A stretch of DNA of 64,000 nucleotides. Origin: Squalus acanthias. Lineage: Eukaryota. A program made the translations under genes and the position numbers. Every line of letters begins with the position of its first letter. The first letter of the stretch is position 1. The notes below the pieces were generated by a model, which was given only the letters and a program-made list of their open reading frames with translations, was not told the DNA's origin and did not search any database. Location: assembly GCA_030390025.1 (NCBI GenBank), contig CM059440.1, positions 23,932,001-23,996,000 of the forward strand, given 5' to 3'. This document shows positions 35,367 through 49,454 of the stretch, piece by piece.

Positions 35367-37964
35367 GAGATATCTCTGTAGTTGATTATATATAGATCAG
35401 AAGAGCCTCAGGCTTTTGGTTCGATACCTCTGATCCAGCGGATGGCAAGGTTCCTTATGTGACAGGAGGGAAGGTTTCACACTTGGGTTAAAAAGAACTG
35501 CTTTCATTACTTTTCTAATTGAAAAGTACTGGATACTGGTACTGCTGGTCATGGAAGAAATCAATCATGCACCAGATTCTTGCTTGTTCCACTTAATTTG
35601 TCACTCGAGTAACAGGCGGTGAACTACACATTTAATGGAGCAGGCTTAAGCTACTTTATTTAGTTTTCGGATAGCCTGGTGAGCTTTGTAGTGTGTAGAT
35701 AAAACTAGAAATGGAAAATATCTGCACATTTCACTTCTTTAAAAGCTCAATCTATTCTCTCTCCTTTCGTATGGTAGTAGCAAAGCAAATCAGATGTCAA
35801 TATCTAAGTCAGATATCCAGGCCAAAGCTTCCGGTGTAACAGTGTGGATATCTTGTAGGCTGCCTGCGAATTTCCTCTGAGGGCAGTGCTCAATGATGTG
35901 CTCCAGGGTCTGATTAGGAGCTCCACAGTCGCATGATGGGGATGCTTTAATCTTCCATCTATGTTTAATGTAGTTAATTTAGTTTTAATGGCTTTTAAAA
36001 ATGGTGCCACTTTAGTTTTGTCTTTCATATTGTTTTAATTAAATAAAATCTGCCAATTTTTGAATTGATGTGGATTGTCCAGTAACGTGGCACAAGATGA
36101 CTAAATCAGGAATTCTGGAATTAATCCATGCTGTTTTTTGGAAGCAATGGAATATTCTATTCTTCACACATGGATCACGATGTTCCTAAAGATCTGTAAG
36201 TGTAAGGGACATTGCCGGATGTTAAATCAACCTTTTCTGAAATTCTGATGCATGTATTCAGTACTGACGCACTATCTAACACAATATCTGGGACAAGATC
36301 TTGTTTCTGAAAGAAATACATTTGGGGCTTCAGATTTCTCATGTTGTTTTCTTCTGAGTTTTACGCAAGCTTTCTTTCCTGAATTTCTCTCTTAAATGAA
36401 ATCCTTATGGGGAAACTGGTGCCAGCTACACAGTTTGAAATCGTTAGCTTCAGCAAAAAGCATTCTCTGTGGAAATAATACATTTTCCTTCTAGTCACAG
36501 TGACTCGGGCCATGTGGATTTCTGTTGCACACATAAAATGCACTTTAACTTGTTAACCTAGTTTTTAATCCCATACTAGCTATCTATATATAAAATGTTT
36601 GTAGAGTGATTTTCGTGAGGTTGACTGGCTCCAGATAAGCTCCCTGGCTGGTTTGAAGTTGTATTCCCTGTTAAAAATGCATGGACACATTCCAGGATGC
36701 AGGCGTCTCTTCCCTGTTGGCAGCATCACTGGAGTGATGGAGACCTGAAATGGGGAGTGTCTGCAACTGCAAATTAAATAGCCTTTTTAAAAGTCAATAT
36801 AATGTGTGCAACTGAAAACCATATGGTCCAAGCCATTCTCTTTGTGGGGAGGAAAGCAGAATATAGTCAGTAAAATAAAAAAAAATATATTCTTCCTGCA
36901 TAGTCCTAGGAGGAAAGAAGAGAAATGTGGAAGGAAATTGAATAAAAAGCACTCCCCCCTCTACTTTCCATCTCCTCCTAGTTAAAACCTGTACACCGTG
37001 TTTTTGAGCTGTGTTGTGTTGAGACTGAGGCAAATAGGCATCATTGTGACCTGACCCCAGTGCAGCTCATTATTCTCTTGAGTTGATTTAGTTGTAATTA
37101 TTGAATATGGAATGCTTGGCATCTATTGTTGCCATGGCAATTGGAGCTCTTGATGTATTTTGCAAATTAAAATGTGCAACATATGCTTACATAATACACT
37201 GGGACGCTGAAGATCACATGTTCTTAATCTGAAAGAACATTTGCCAGAGTTTAGTGTCTATAAATTTTAATGCTCACTGTGCAATTTGTGGTGTTCAAAA
37301 GCACTAATGTTCACCAAATGGCTTCAGTAAGAGTCACAATTTTCAAAAACAAAATACGTATTCGTTTGGAGATACGAAAATGGAAAGCTTACATTTAATT
37401 GAAAGCAATTTTATTTCAGTTTTTAAAAAATTTTATGCCTACTGTACCACAGACCATTCTCCAGGGAGAGGGCAGCTGGCATTATGTTCTACTCGTCTAG
37501 CAGTGCAGTTCCATAGCCACCTGTTAGGAGCCCAGGCTCTGTTGCCATTTTTCCCCTCTGCCCCAGCCACCAAAACTATATGTTAGAGCTCTGCTTTCAG
37601 TAAAAACTTAATGGGAATGTCTTTAAAGTGCTTCTAATAAGACTGTACTTCCCAAGAAATTAACACCCCACGTCTATTACCACATAGACTGATTTACTCC
37701 TTACACACATTTTGATGGTTTAAAACCCTGACACCTCCCTCCCCACCCCCCAAAAAAAAAATTCTCTTTGTCTTGGCAATTTAAAATATATTATACCAAT
37801 ACTATGCCAGCCATTTGATTAAGATGTCTATGCAATGAATGTTGGGGAGGAGATGTAATGGCACAGAATTCAAAATTAGTCATGACTTTTTCAAAACCTT
37901 GTTCTGGTTAGAGACTAGATTTCTTCTCTGAGCAACACTAACTAGCTATGATGGACACTAGAGA

Positions 37965-38365
37965 ATCTAAAGCTTGCAGTTGGGCCTTTCAAAAACTTCT
38001 CAAAGCACTTCATATGAAATGAATTACTTTGAAGGGCAGTGACTGTCATGTAGATGGACAGCAGCAGCCCACTAATAGTGATGAGATGAATGACCAGTTA
38101 ATGTTTTGGTGTTTGTTGAGGGAGAAATGTTGTCCAGGACACACTGAGAACTCCCACTGCTCTTCAAACAGTGCCACAGGGGCTTTAAGGTTCACTGTAA
38201 TAGGTGCCTTGGATTTAACCTGCCATCCTATGGATAGCAGCTCTGACAATGTAGCACTCCTATGGTCTTGTACTGGAACTTCAGCCAAGACCCTGTGCTT
38301 AAGTCTTGGAGTGGAGCCTGAACCAAGAACTTTCTGACGCAGAGGTGAGAGTGCTGCTAACTGAG
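37965..38365 (-). mobile_element. Decayed DeuSINE
   Basis: Reverse similarity to 54020-54466 over the head (gaggtgagagtgct), core (gagaactcccactgctcttc) and tail. Confidence 0.7.
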
Positions 38366-39399
38366 GAAGCTGAGGTTCTTTTGGGAAAGGAAAAAGAACC
38401 TGAAGTAGTGCATCTTTAATCATACTGGCATCTCGTTTTATTTCTTATGGGCCAAAACGAATTAATGTATCACGACTTGCTTGAGAGTAAGTTTACAATA
38501 GTTTTAGATCAAAACATTGGCAGCCAGAGGGTGAAGGGAAAAGATTTCCAGCAGACAGTCTCTTGAGTTTATGCAGTATGTTGCAAGCTTGAATATGGAT
38601 TGAGGCTGTTTGGATACATTCTTGAGGCGTCTGAATAACATGATAGATTAATCAAAAACAAGTTGATTGAACCTTTGGCAAGGAAATCTCCAGTTTCAGA
38701 GCATATAGCAGGTTTCTACCTTGCTGCAAGCCTGGCCATGTTAATGCTGTTGCATCATTTTTCAGATACATTTCAATATTTAAAAAACCTTATAGTGACC
38801 TTTCATTCCAGTCTTCGTTTCTGAAACAAATCTCATTTCTTCCATTGGAACTCCACTTTGTCTCTTTCTCAGATGTCAAAAGAAAAAATGATAGCCAGCA
38901 GTCTTCCTGGAACAGTGGGGTCTAATGTGTTAAGTTTACCAGGGTCTTCAACTTGTGCTTATGCGCCTGTGCTTGCTGTGCAAACCTTTCACTCACTGCA
39001 GTTGGTAACATCTGTGTTTAATATTTTGTGTCCTTTTTCTTGTTCTTTATAGTATGACCATATAAATAAACAAGCTTTATATCACGTAAACATGGATGAA
39101 GTCTGCCAATTATTTTTACAAGACAACTTTTTTAACCACTTGTGTTTTTAAATCAGTTTACAATAGTTCTTTAGAAATAAAATCGCATCATAAACATTTT
39201 AAATAAATACCAAGTATTAGCTGAAAACTGAAGGTTTGCTCTCTCAGAATTCTGGTGGGTCAAAATATTGTAGTGGTGTAACTTTGGATGTGAAGATATT
39301 TTCATTTTTGAGAAAGGAAATACATATACATTAATACTAACAGGATGAGGGGTACATCACTGTATAAGGTAACAAAAAATAGAGGATCAAGATTGGAAA

Positions 39400-39860
39400 A
39401 AACCTAGGCGACTAAAGTTCAGAAGTATCTGAATAGTATGACAATAGTTGGAAAGGCAAATAATAAAATGTTGGGATGTGCAAGCAGATCTGTGGAATAT
39501 TTAAGACCAAGGAAGTGAAACTAACAGTTTATGAAGCATCAGTAAGACCACCCATGGTGTATTGTGGCCAGGCTTACGGGGAAAGCAGTAGAACCCTTTA
39601 GAGTACTGCAACAAAGATGATTCAGTATTTAAAATTATCAAGCTATATTGAGGACCAAGGAAATTAAATTAATTCAAGAAAAAAGGCTAAGGGACATTAT
39701 TCTATTTGCTAAAATGAAGACACTCAATAGGCTAAGTGTAATGGGGAATGTATTGTGTAAAATGAGGATAGAAGAAGCAAAGGACAGGAATATAACCTTA
39801 AAACAATTGGCAAGAATTGCTGTCAGGAATAACTTGCATCTCCAATCATGGTAAATTGCT
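39400..39860 (+). mobile_element. Very old CR1 relic
   Basis: aaggcaaat...aatgttggga, agtaagaccaccc...gtattgtg, aggctaagggac. Confidence 0.5.
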
Positions 39861-41183
39861 TAATTGTAGAAGAGCGCCTTCTGTCCATTCAGAAAGCAGA
39901 AAATATTCACAATACTAAATTACTTTGTACAGGCTAAATAAAGTGATAAACAGAAATAAAACCATAGGTGGGATACTATACACCACAATCAGCACATCAC
40001 AATACATACAACGTTCATTTTCAGATAATATTGATGTGGTATTTGTTTAAAATGCTCATTATGGGATTTTACTTCTGAAGAGCTATCATGGACTGGCTTA
40101 AAAATTAAATGGTTAAAAAAAAAAAATCCGTTTGCCCAGGCACTGGTGGAAAATTCTTGGAAAGATAGAGTCTCTGGTGGCAAATACATAATTGCTACTC
40201 ACAGAATTCTATACATCTCCATCCATATCAGTTTGACGAATAGTGACTGAGCACTAGACAATTCTTAGGTTATAAAGTTATTTCCGTCTGAGGTTCAATC
40301 AATTTATTTGAATAAGTTAAGCTAACAAAATGTTAATACTCAACATCTTAATAAACAATGAGATAATGGTTTATAGTAGCCTGCTTACTTTAGCACTGAC
40401 AGGTAATCAGAAAGCATTTTCATCTGTTTCCTCATACTAGGCGGGTGTAAATAATAAATCCCTAGAACTAAAAGAATCTGTTAGCGGTGAATCAGGCTAG
40501 CTGTGTCTGAGCAGCCATTTTAATTTTCAGGAAAGCACTTGGATCCATTTAAAAGCCATGTGAGATATAACCTAACAAGTAAGAAAATTCCATTTCTGTC
40601 ACGTACATCCTAGAAAACCAAATTAGAGGAACATCGCTCAATAGATGGGGAAGGAATAAAGTATTTCACTGGAAAGTGTGTGAACCGTTTGTTTTTTTTT
40701 AAAGCAAAAACAAACTTTCTCTAGCCTAAGAGGAGAGATTCTAATTTGTGACTGTCAAAAAGCGGTCTGCTGGCGATCTGTCACTTAAAGGTCCCCAACC
40801 AGAAAGGGCTGGCTCGGGTGACTCGTTGGGTCAATCTCTGGGTATTGCCATTAACACGAGGAGAAAACTGGTCTTAATTGCAAATCATCGTGCAAAAGTA
40901 CTCAAGGTTTTGATTCTGATCACACCACTTCTGGTGTGGTCACTAGTCAGTTTTTCTTGCAGTTACAGATGACCCAGATGATCTCTAGGAGATAGCTGAA
41001 TGCAATTGTTAGTCAAACTGCCACTCCCCCCCTGCTGTCTTAGTAGATAGCTGTGGAACTAAACAGGTAGCCTGCTCTAAAACCTATTTTGTGCAGTCAA
41101 ACAACTCTATTTGCAGATTTACTGGATAGTACACCGTTTTTATTCTGAAGTAAACTAAGTGCCCACAAGAGGCTTTGCAATGA

Positions 41184-41336
<153 letters not shown>

Positions 41337-41615
41337 TAAGTCTGATATCCACTTAAGTTTTATATAGTTCTCTGCACTACTTTTAATCCAGTAGCTCTGA
41401 ATTTAACCAAAAATAGACAGACATTTTGTCGATTGCAAACTTTGTTTTAAATCTCATGGGCTTTTAAAAATCTCATCTTGGAACACCGAGTCATTTGGCC
41501 CACCTGTTTTATGTTGAAATAATCTTCGGATTAGTGTATTCTGATCAGTGATGACCTCTTCAAATGGTTACCTGGAATTTAGGCTGACTTCAGATTGTGG
41601 CTGGCTAAAGATAGA

Positions 41616-42264
41616 GGGGGCAAAATTGGGTCATGCCCCCGCGCCCGAAATTCACTGGTAGCGCCCCAAGAGGGAGGCGGAGCGATACTGGAAGCCCTCT
41701 TGGGGCGCTGCAAGTGAATATCGCAGCACGTCGCCCGGAGGTACTGCAGGCCGGCCTTCCCCTTACTAAAGGGGAGGGGCCTAGCGCAGCGCGACCCGGG
41801 ACCCAGCTGGGCCACCAGGGATCGGAGTGCCGGCAAAAGAGCCCAGCACTCGAAGTGCTGGGCTCACGGAGAGCAGCTGGCACCCCGTGGGGGAGCTGCA
41901 CAGGATGCCGGGGACAGCAACAGGGGCAGGTGCTGGCAGGCGGCCAGCAACAAAAATGGCCGCCCAGCACCTCACCTTTAATTTGCGCCGCCCCGGTCGC
42001 AGGTAAGGCCCCCTTGACCCTGTCGGACATAGCGTCCAGTGGTAAGTCGGGGGGCGCTACCAAAGATCGCGGCCGGGGCGCTGCGCACGGCGATGATGTC
42101 ATCGCCAGAGGCGCAGCGCCGCAGGGCACTAACTGTTACCGCCGCCGCTAACCTCCCGCTGAATTTTGCAGGAGGAGTTAGTGGCGCCGCGCCCAGGCGC
42201 TAGTTGCTTTGCGCCCTGTCTTAGGGTGCTAATGGGAGGCGCAAATCCACTGAATTTTCCCCCC
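41616..42264. mobile_element. GC/CpG-rich ~650-bp MITE, probably Harbinger-like
   Basis: TIRs gggggcaaaatt / aattttcccccc with internal hairpins. A related fragment lies at 56772-56935. Confidence 0.72.
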
Positions 42265-42535
42265 GGAGTCTTTTAATGGCATTCGGAGTTTCCACAAAAT
42301 ACAAAATTCTACAGTGGAATGCCAAGTTGCATTGCACCTGTGACCGGCTGTGTCGCTAAAAAGCCCTAATGAGTTCCTGATATCAGTTGTATAACGATCC
42401 TGTCTCCCTGCTCTTGCACATAATATATAAAATGTTGGAAACTGCACAAATGTTACTTCAGATGACTGACTTGGCTGGAATAGAAGGACACCAATTATGA
42501 CATCAGCAAAGCAGCAAAAAACATGAAAATATGTT

Positions 42536-43846
42536 GGGCCGGATATTCCGATCCCTCTGTGTACCCACCCGTAGGGACATCGGAAATGCCGGTTTCAGGC
42601 ATGCACTGCGCATGCGCTGGAAACCGGCATTTCCAATCTGTCAAGAAAGCTCTTGACAGATCCTCCGGCTGCCCTGGAGCAGGTCCTCTGCGGGCGGATA
42701 CAGGAAACTCTTTGGTATCCGGCACCAACGGGACCGGCGTGGTGCCGGTTGATCGAAAGTTCCGGATAACAGAGAGTTATATCTACCGAGGCTATTTTTA
42801 ACACAGAAAAATAAAAAAGTCAAGAAATGTGCAGTGTACAGTATTTGGGTACTCACCTACAGAATGTTGTGTTAAATGGATGGTGGAAGATGCTTGATTA
42901 AGTATAGTACTGCCAGTTGAGAGTAATCCATAACTCTTTAATTACTTAACAGTAAGTGAGACTCCCGGCAGCGCGGGAGAATCAACTCCTGCTACTGCAG
43001 TGTTTCGGACTTCCGACAGCGCCAGGAGGCCGAGTAGTGGCACTTTTGAAAACTACCCCTACTGACTAAATCGGCGTTCGCGGACTCGGGATCGGCAACA
43101 TTGCCGGTTATTTGAGAGGAGTTTTCGGAGTACTCGGCGTTCGCGGAGACTCTGACTGCGACTCGGCAACATTGCCGGTTATTTGAGAGGAGTTTTCGGA
43201 GGATGATTTTTGCCGGTTAAGCGAGAATTCCGGATATTTGGGTGCCGGATAAACAAGAGTTTCCTGTAGTTCTGCTTTTTGGAGACCCTCCGCCCACAGA
43301 AAAAGCTTACAATTCTAGCATCTGGTAAAAGCAGGCGTAAGGCCTGCTTTTACCAGGAGTAAGACTTGAAAAATGTTGTATTTTTAAATTCCACTGATTT
43401 ATCATTTAAAAATACTTTTTTTTTAAAAAAGGATAAGTTTATTTTTAGCCGTTAAAAACTTTAACTATTTTTTCCAAAAATTTAAATTTTTGTTTAAAAT
43501 AGTTAATTTATGTAATTTCAAGTCATTTTAAAAATGTGTTTTTTTTTAATTTATTTGAAGTTTTACTATGTTTTGTGGGTGATCTCCATTCATATAATTG
43601 ACAGGTCTTCCTGTCAAATGTATGAAGGGAGATTCCCTTCTGTGATTGGCTCCCCATGGCCCCCGTGATCCCAGGGACGCTGTGAACTACCTGCGCCTCT
43701 GGGATACATGGGCCCTGCGCACCAGCAGTTTGGAGAGGCCCAGCAGCGGAACTCTGCACCTCCCGGGAGCCCTCCAGTCTTGGTGCAGATTTTTCCAGTT
43801 CGCAGCCCTCTGCCTGCGGGAGGCCTGCGATCGGAATATCTGGGCC
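42536..43846 (+). mobile_element. Harbinger-like MITE related to the 27443/32539 family, interrupted by a pogo-like MITE
   Basis: TIRs gggccggatattccgatc / gatcggaatatctgggcc. Shares gcatgcactgcgcatgcgc, aagcaggcgta and cgtgatcccag..tgcgcctctggga blocks with copy 2, in the same orientation. Confidence 0.78.
42701..43266. mobile_element. 566-bp Tc1/mariner (pogo/Tigger-like) MITE
   Basis: TIRs caggaaactctt..tatccggcacc / ggtgccggata..aagagtttcctg. TA TSD at 42699-42700 and 43267-43268. Confidence 0.88.
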
Positions 43847-43954
43847 AGTTTGTTCATTGTTCCACTGATCTGTTGAGAATTAGGTTATTCTCATCCTCCT
43901 TGATTTGTTTTGCAATGAAAGTGGAAATCATATTTTTTTTATTTGCTCTTGAGA

Positions 43955-44730
43955 TATGGACCACCTTAACCTCCTTGAACCACTGCAGTCCTTGTGGTGA
44001 TGGTGCTCCCATTATGATAGGTAGGGAATTCCAGGATTTTGATCCACTGATGAAGGAGGTCTGACAGTACACGTCCAACTTGGGATGGTGTGGGACTTAA
44101 CGTGGCGGTGCTGGTGCTCTCATGATATTGCTACTCCTGTCCTTGGTGGTGGTAGAGACCAAAGGGCTCTGAGATGCTGGTGACTTGCTGCAGTGTATCT
44201 GGTAGATAGTGCATACTGTAACCACAGTCCACTGGTGGTAAAGGGGTGGATATGCAGTCCAGTGGGGTAGGGGCCATTGTAGTGGACTGCATTGTCGTGG
44301 ATGGCGTCAAGCTTCTTGAATGTTGTTGTGGCAGGCAAGTTGTGAATATTCCACTATACTCCTACCTTGAGCTTTGTAGATGGTGGATAGGCTTTGAGGG
44401 ATCAAGAGTACCTAGCCTCTGCCCTGCTCTTGTAGCCATAATGTTGATATGGCTGGCCCAGATAAATTTCTGGTCAGTGGTAACACCCAAGATGTTGGTG
44501 GGGGATTTTGTGATGGTGGTGCCATTTGAAGGTTGGAGGGGAGATGGCGCGACCTTTTCTTATTGGAGATGGTCATTGTCTGGTATTTATGGCAAAAATG
44601 TTAACCTGTCCCTGGAATCTGTCAAGATCCTGCTGTAGGCTGGCATGTGCCACTTCATTATCAGAGGAGTTGTGACTGGAGCTGAACACTGTCGAATTGT
44701 CAGCGAACAGCCCCACTTCTGACCTTGTGA
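43955..44730 (-). mobile_element. LINE relic, same family as 1321-3345
   Basis: Reverse remnants GLFADNSTVF and FKKLDAIHD. Contains gtagggaattccaggattttga. Confidence 0.8.
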
Positions 44731-44734
44731 CAGA

Positions 44735-44885
44735 TGGGGCCTTGATTTGACATCTCATCCGAAAAAACAACGCCTCGGATAATGCAACACTCCCTCAGTG
44801 CTGCTGAGTGTCGTGCTCATGTCCTGGAGTGGGGCATAAATGTGCAAGCTTTTTATTCAGGCATGTGTGCTATCAACTGAGTCAA
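44735..44885 (-). mobile_element. DeuSINE head fragment
   Basis: catctcatccgaaa..gcaacactccctcagt..tcctggagtgggg, the reverse of ~54030-54170. Confidence 0.6.
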
Positions 44886-45549
44886 GCTAGCACTTCTATC
44901 AGGTTTTCTACAGTCACTGAATGTCCAGCTGCTAGCAAACTATCCTCAGAAAAATATAATAGAAATTGAAATGTAGATTGCCATCCAGGGGGTATTTGAT
45001 TCAAACCTAACCTGATTCGTGTCAGCAAAAGAGGTTGCAAAATAAGTAAGAACAGACTTTGTGTCGTCTAATATATAGTTTGCATATTTTACAAGGAACA
45101 AGGCTTGTCTATAAAAACTGAAAATTGCTTGCCCTCTGGTAGATTTTTCGTATTCAAATAAATTTTGGGGGGGGGTTTTCAGCAAAATCTGGCATTTGAC
45201 AAAGCACCACTATTATGTTATAGAATATTATACATTTAAGATGTGCTGTATCCTGCCAGTATTTTCCCTAGAGTTTAATGCATAACAGATTTTTCCATCT
45301 CTGCGATGCTGCATTCATTCCATGGCTTATTCACCAAGCAGTAGTTGTATAAAATGAAACATTTAAAAAATATTAACTTGATCTGTATGCAGCAGCCCAA
45401 TTTCATTAATTTTGGAATGGATCCATGCTGAAGCATCGTCACCAGACGACACCAATAGTCACATGTATGAAAGTGCCGGTATTTTCTAGCTGATGTACAA
45501 TAATTTGGGGGGTGGTGTGAGAGACACACATGTATATATGTATTTTTTT

Positions 45550-45812
45550 AATTCATTTATTCTCTGGATGTGGGTGTCACTAGCAAAGCCAGGATTTGTT
45601 GCCTTTCCCTCGTTGCCCTTGAGAAGGTGGTGGTAAGCTGCCTTTTTGAACCGCTGCAGTCCATGTGCTGAAAGTATTCCCACAGTGCTCAGTTAGGTAG
45701 GAAGTTCCAGGATTTTGACCCAGCGACGATGAAGGAACTGCGACATGTGTCCAAGTCAGGATGGTGTGAGACTTGGAGGGGAACTTGGAGGTGATGGTGT
45801 TCCCATGCACCT
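45550..45812 (-). mobile_element. 3' tail of the 1321-3345 LINE family
   Basis: Reverse complement of ~3080-3345. Confidence 0.85.
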
Positions 45813-48041
45813 GTATGTATGTATCTGTATGTGTATAGTGTATCTTCACCCCAGATAAGAAAGAAACATAGCTCTCGGATCATTGCAATGAATCCTTCGG
45901 CCAGTGAGACCCCCCCCCCCCCCCCCAACAAGGTGCATTCCATTGTCCCAGGAGGCAAAGTCGAACAGAAGGCCTTAAGGTGGTGATCTTGAGAGGCAAA
46001 GCATTTTAAATGCATTGTGCTTATCCGTGCCCCATGGGTGATGCAAGTAGTTTATTTTTTACCTATTATAGACTGAGTGGATCAGTTCCAGACTTTGATG
46101 TTTCTCAGCCAAGCCCTGTTTTCGATTGCCCCTCAGCACTGCCTTGTTCTGTATTTTTTAAGATCTAAAAATACACAGTTAACCGTATCTTCTTTTCAAA
46201 AGCTAGCTAGGCTTGTTCTATCCAAAGGCAGAAACTATGCATTCATAGGCGCTTATGTTTTAAAAACTTTCAGAAACTCTCTCAAATGAATAAACAATAT
46301 TACACTTGCCACTAACAGCTGCTTCATATTTAGTGGATTTGGTTTTTGTTTAATTTCTGAGCACTTAAATTTCCATTCCAAGTGCCACATTGGTCTGATG
46401 CTGTTGTTCCCATGTTATTCATAAACTGCTGTTGACCTTTTTATATACTCCTTCCACAAGCATTTTGATGCACATTAACTTAACATTCTGAAGTTGCCAT
46501 TGCTTCTCATGTAATGGTGTTTACATAGTATTTGGCATCTATTATATTAGATGCCTTGTAGAAATGGAGTGATTCCATCAGATGTCCAGAAGACATTAAT
46601 TATCTGTAATGGAGCACACCTCAAAAAGTAAAGTTAGTACTGTGGGCATTCCTAATAATCTATTAATTTTTTGGGGTTTTAAAATGGATTCAGATTACTG
46701 ATTACTCCCATAAGCAGAGCTCGCATTCCCTATAAACCACAGTGTGCTTTTTCATGCCTAATATCTAGATAAATTAGTGAGACTTGGATTCGAACCAAGA
46801 ACCCTGGTCACCATACTCCACCTTACTAGAATATATCACATCATCTATACTGCACAAGGTGAAGAATATACACTCAATCTGACTGCACTTCTGTATACAA
46901 ACTAATAGACACATTTGTGTAACATTAAACAGGTAAATGAACAGTACAAATAATATACTTACAGTAATCACAAACTTTGCTGTTCTCTTCAAAATGTCAA
47001 AATAACACAGATGCTTCTACTGCACTAGCCTTCAACATAAAGTTGACCCTTGAAATGCAGTCAGCCCTCTGATTAGTTTCATACCCCTGATAGCCTCAGA
47101 GTGACTGCTTTCTGGTTGAATGACAGCCAAGATTTATTTCCAAATTTCTTTGAAGATATCCCAGAACAAAGGGAACTAAAAGCAAGTATTCCTCACAACT
47201 GCTTTTTGGTGGTTAGATTTTCATAGGATTCAAAACAGCATCTGCTTACATAAATGCAGCCGTTAAACACGGACTGTAAACAGCCCCACAGGATACATAT
47301 AACGGAATGGAATGGTTCGACCCATTGAGCCCTTCCAAACGTTTAGAATGATCTGTGAGACATGTCTCCATCCAAGGCCAAAGGCCATCTCGGGACAGGC
47401 ACAGGCACAATCCAATTGATGCTCATTCGACCACAATGAACACGGAAAGGCAATAACATCCATATATCAGTGCCTTTGGAATGGCCTTTTGCGTACTAAA
47501 TCATATATATTCTCTGTAACCTTCAGAATCAGCGAGCAGTACCTGATTTTGCACTTGGCCATACTGTGACCCCCCAAAAAATTCAATAAATAATTCATCA
47601 TAGACAAAAAGTATTTTTGTCACATTCTGCATCATTTTAAAATCAAATTTGAAAATTCAATTCTGAGGCATTTTCATTTGAGCGATTATCGGAGATTATA
47701 ACAATATTTCAAATGTGAAGGGTACCGCTTGAAACATAACATTGTCTTTCTCTTTCAGAGGCTGAATTACTTGCTGTGCATTGTCAGCATTTACTTGTTT
47801 CATTTCAGAAATGTTATTGAATTCCTAAAACTGCCAGTGAAAACTCTCAGTATGAAAACTTATGAAAAGATTTCTCTTGGGAAATGACTGTCACAACATT
47901 ATGGGGAATGTACTCATTGATGCATGGAACAAAGGAGCCTTATGTTTATGTAGTTGACTGATGAACCTGAGGCTTAAAATAATAAATATCTAAAATTTAA
48001 CAAAACCTGTGTTCTCAAGGCAGCCTGATCTTAATATATAA

Positions 48042-48218
<177 letters not shown>

Positions 48219-48765
48219 TGAGGGAAACTGGAAGATGCTGGTTAGAGCTAGTTAAGTTTCTGAAGTATTTGAAGATCACTGATTGCATGCTGAGAACTCG
48301 AGGCATGCTATGTAATTCAAGGTTCTGAGTTTAAAAGTTGTGTAGACTGCTAGCTGTCATCTAACTCTAACTTCTGTGCCATGATGCACCTTCACATCGA
48401 AAGTGTCCCACCAACAGCAGGGCGCAGTACTCCTGCCATTGCGGATTATAATACAAAGTGGGTCAACCAGCACTTCTCGTGTCCTGACCACAGACCTGAA
48501 AACAAATGCCTCTTTCTAATGGCTTTCCAACTGGAGACTGGAAGCACATGGACAGTGGAAAATGCAGAGTGAAGGTTGCAGGTCTCTGCCTGAGCGTCGC
48601 TCTTCCAGAGCTACGCAATGTTCAAATGTTGTTTGAAACTGTTCAAAAACTTTGTGAAAGATATTGCAGGTTGGCTTCCTTGCCATGTAACATATTGTGA
48701 AGTGGTCCATTTTGCTTCATTGCCCTATAAGATATTGTGAAGTGGTCCATTTTGCTAACTAGTAT

Positions 48766-49163
48766 CATAGAAACATAGAAACATAGAATCTAGGAGCAGG
48801 AGTAGGCCATTCGGCCCGTCGAGCCTGCTCCGCCATTCAATACGATCATGGCTGATCATCCAAATCCAGTACCCTGTCCCTGCTTTAATCCCCACAGTAC
48901 ACATATCCCACCCTACCCCCGTAACCCCACGTATTTAATTCCCCCAACATATCCCATCCTATCCCCATAACCCCACATATTTAATCCCCCCTAACACTAA
49001 GGGTCAATTTATCATAGCCAAATCAACCTAACCCACACATTTTTGGACTGTGGGAGGAAACCGGAGTACCCGGAGGAAACCCACGCAGACACGGGGAGAA
49101 TGTGCAAACTCCACACAGACAGTCACCCGAGGTCAGATTCGAACCCGGGTCTCTGGCGCTGTG
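48766..49163 (-). mobile_element. HE1-like V-SINE with 5' head truncated
   Basis: Reverse strand shows box B ggttcgaatc, the V-domain ggagtttgcacattctccccgtgtctgcgtgggtttcctccggg, and a CR1-derived tail with (tttctatg)n. Confidence 0.85.
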
Positions 49164-49454
49164 TACAAAAAAATCTGATATTTACCTGAATAGGTATCCT
49201 CACCAAGCTCACAATCCACTATGGATTTGTCATCTTGGCACACCATCACAGCTATTCTACGTGGTATCAATATGGAATCCCAACACTACCTAGTCCTCTT
49301 AAACATGTCCAAGCTTCACAGTCACTACTCTTTGTTACTTTACAGCTTTGCTTTAACATCTGCACCAAGTGTACAGACCATAACCTTTAGGACCGTAGAG
49401 AAACAAAACCTTTAATGGATTCCTGTGAAATTGTCCGAGTTACGTAGGGACAGT

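Noticed and set aside
41579-42151. Overlapping 172-174 aa GC-rich ORFs and a CpG island suggesting a nested gene or promoter
   Set aside because: They coincide with a TIR-bounded MITE. Long ORFs on both strands are expected from high GC content, and there is no recognisable protein.
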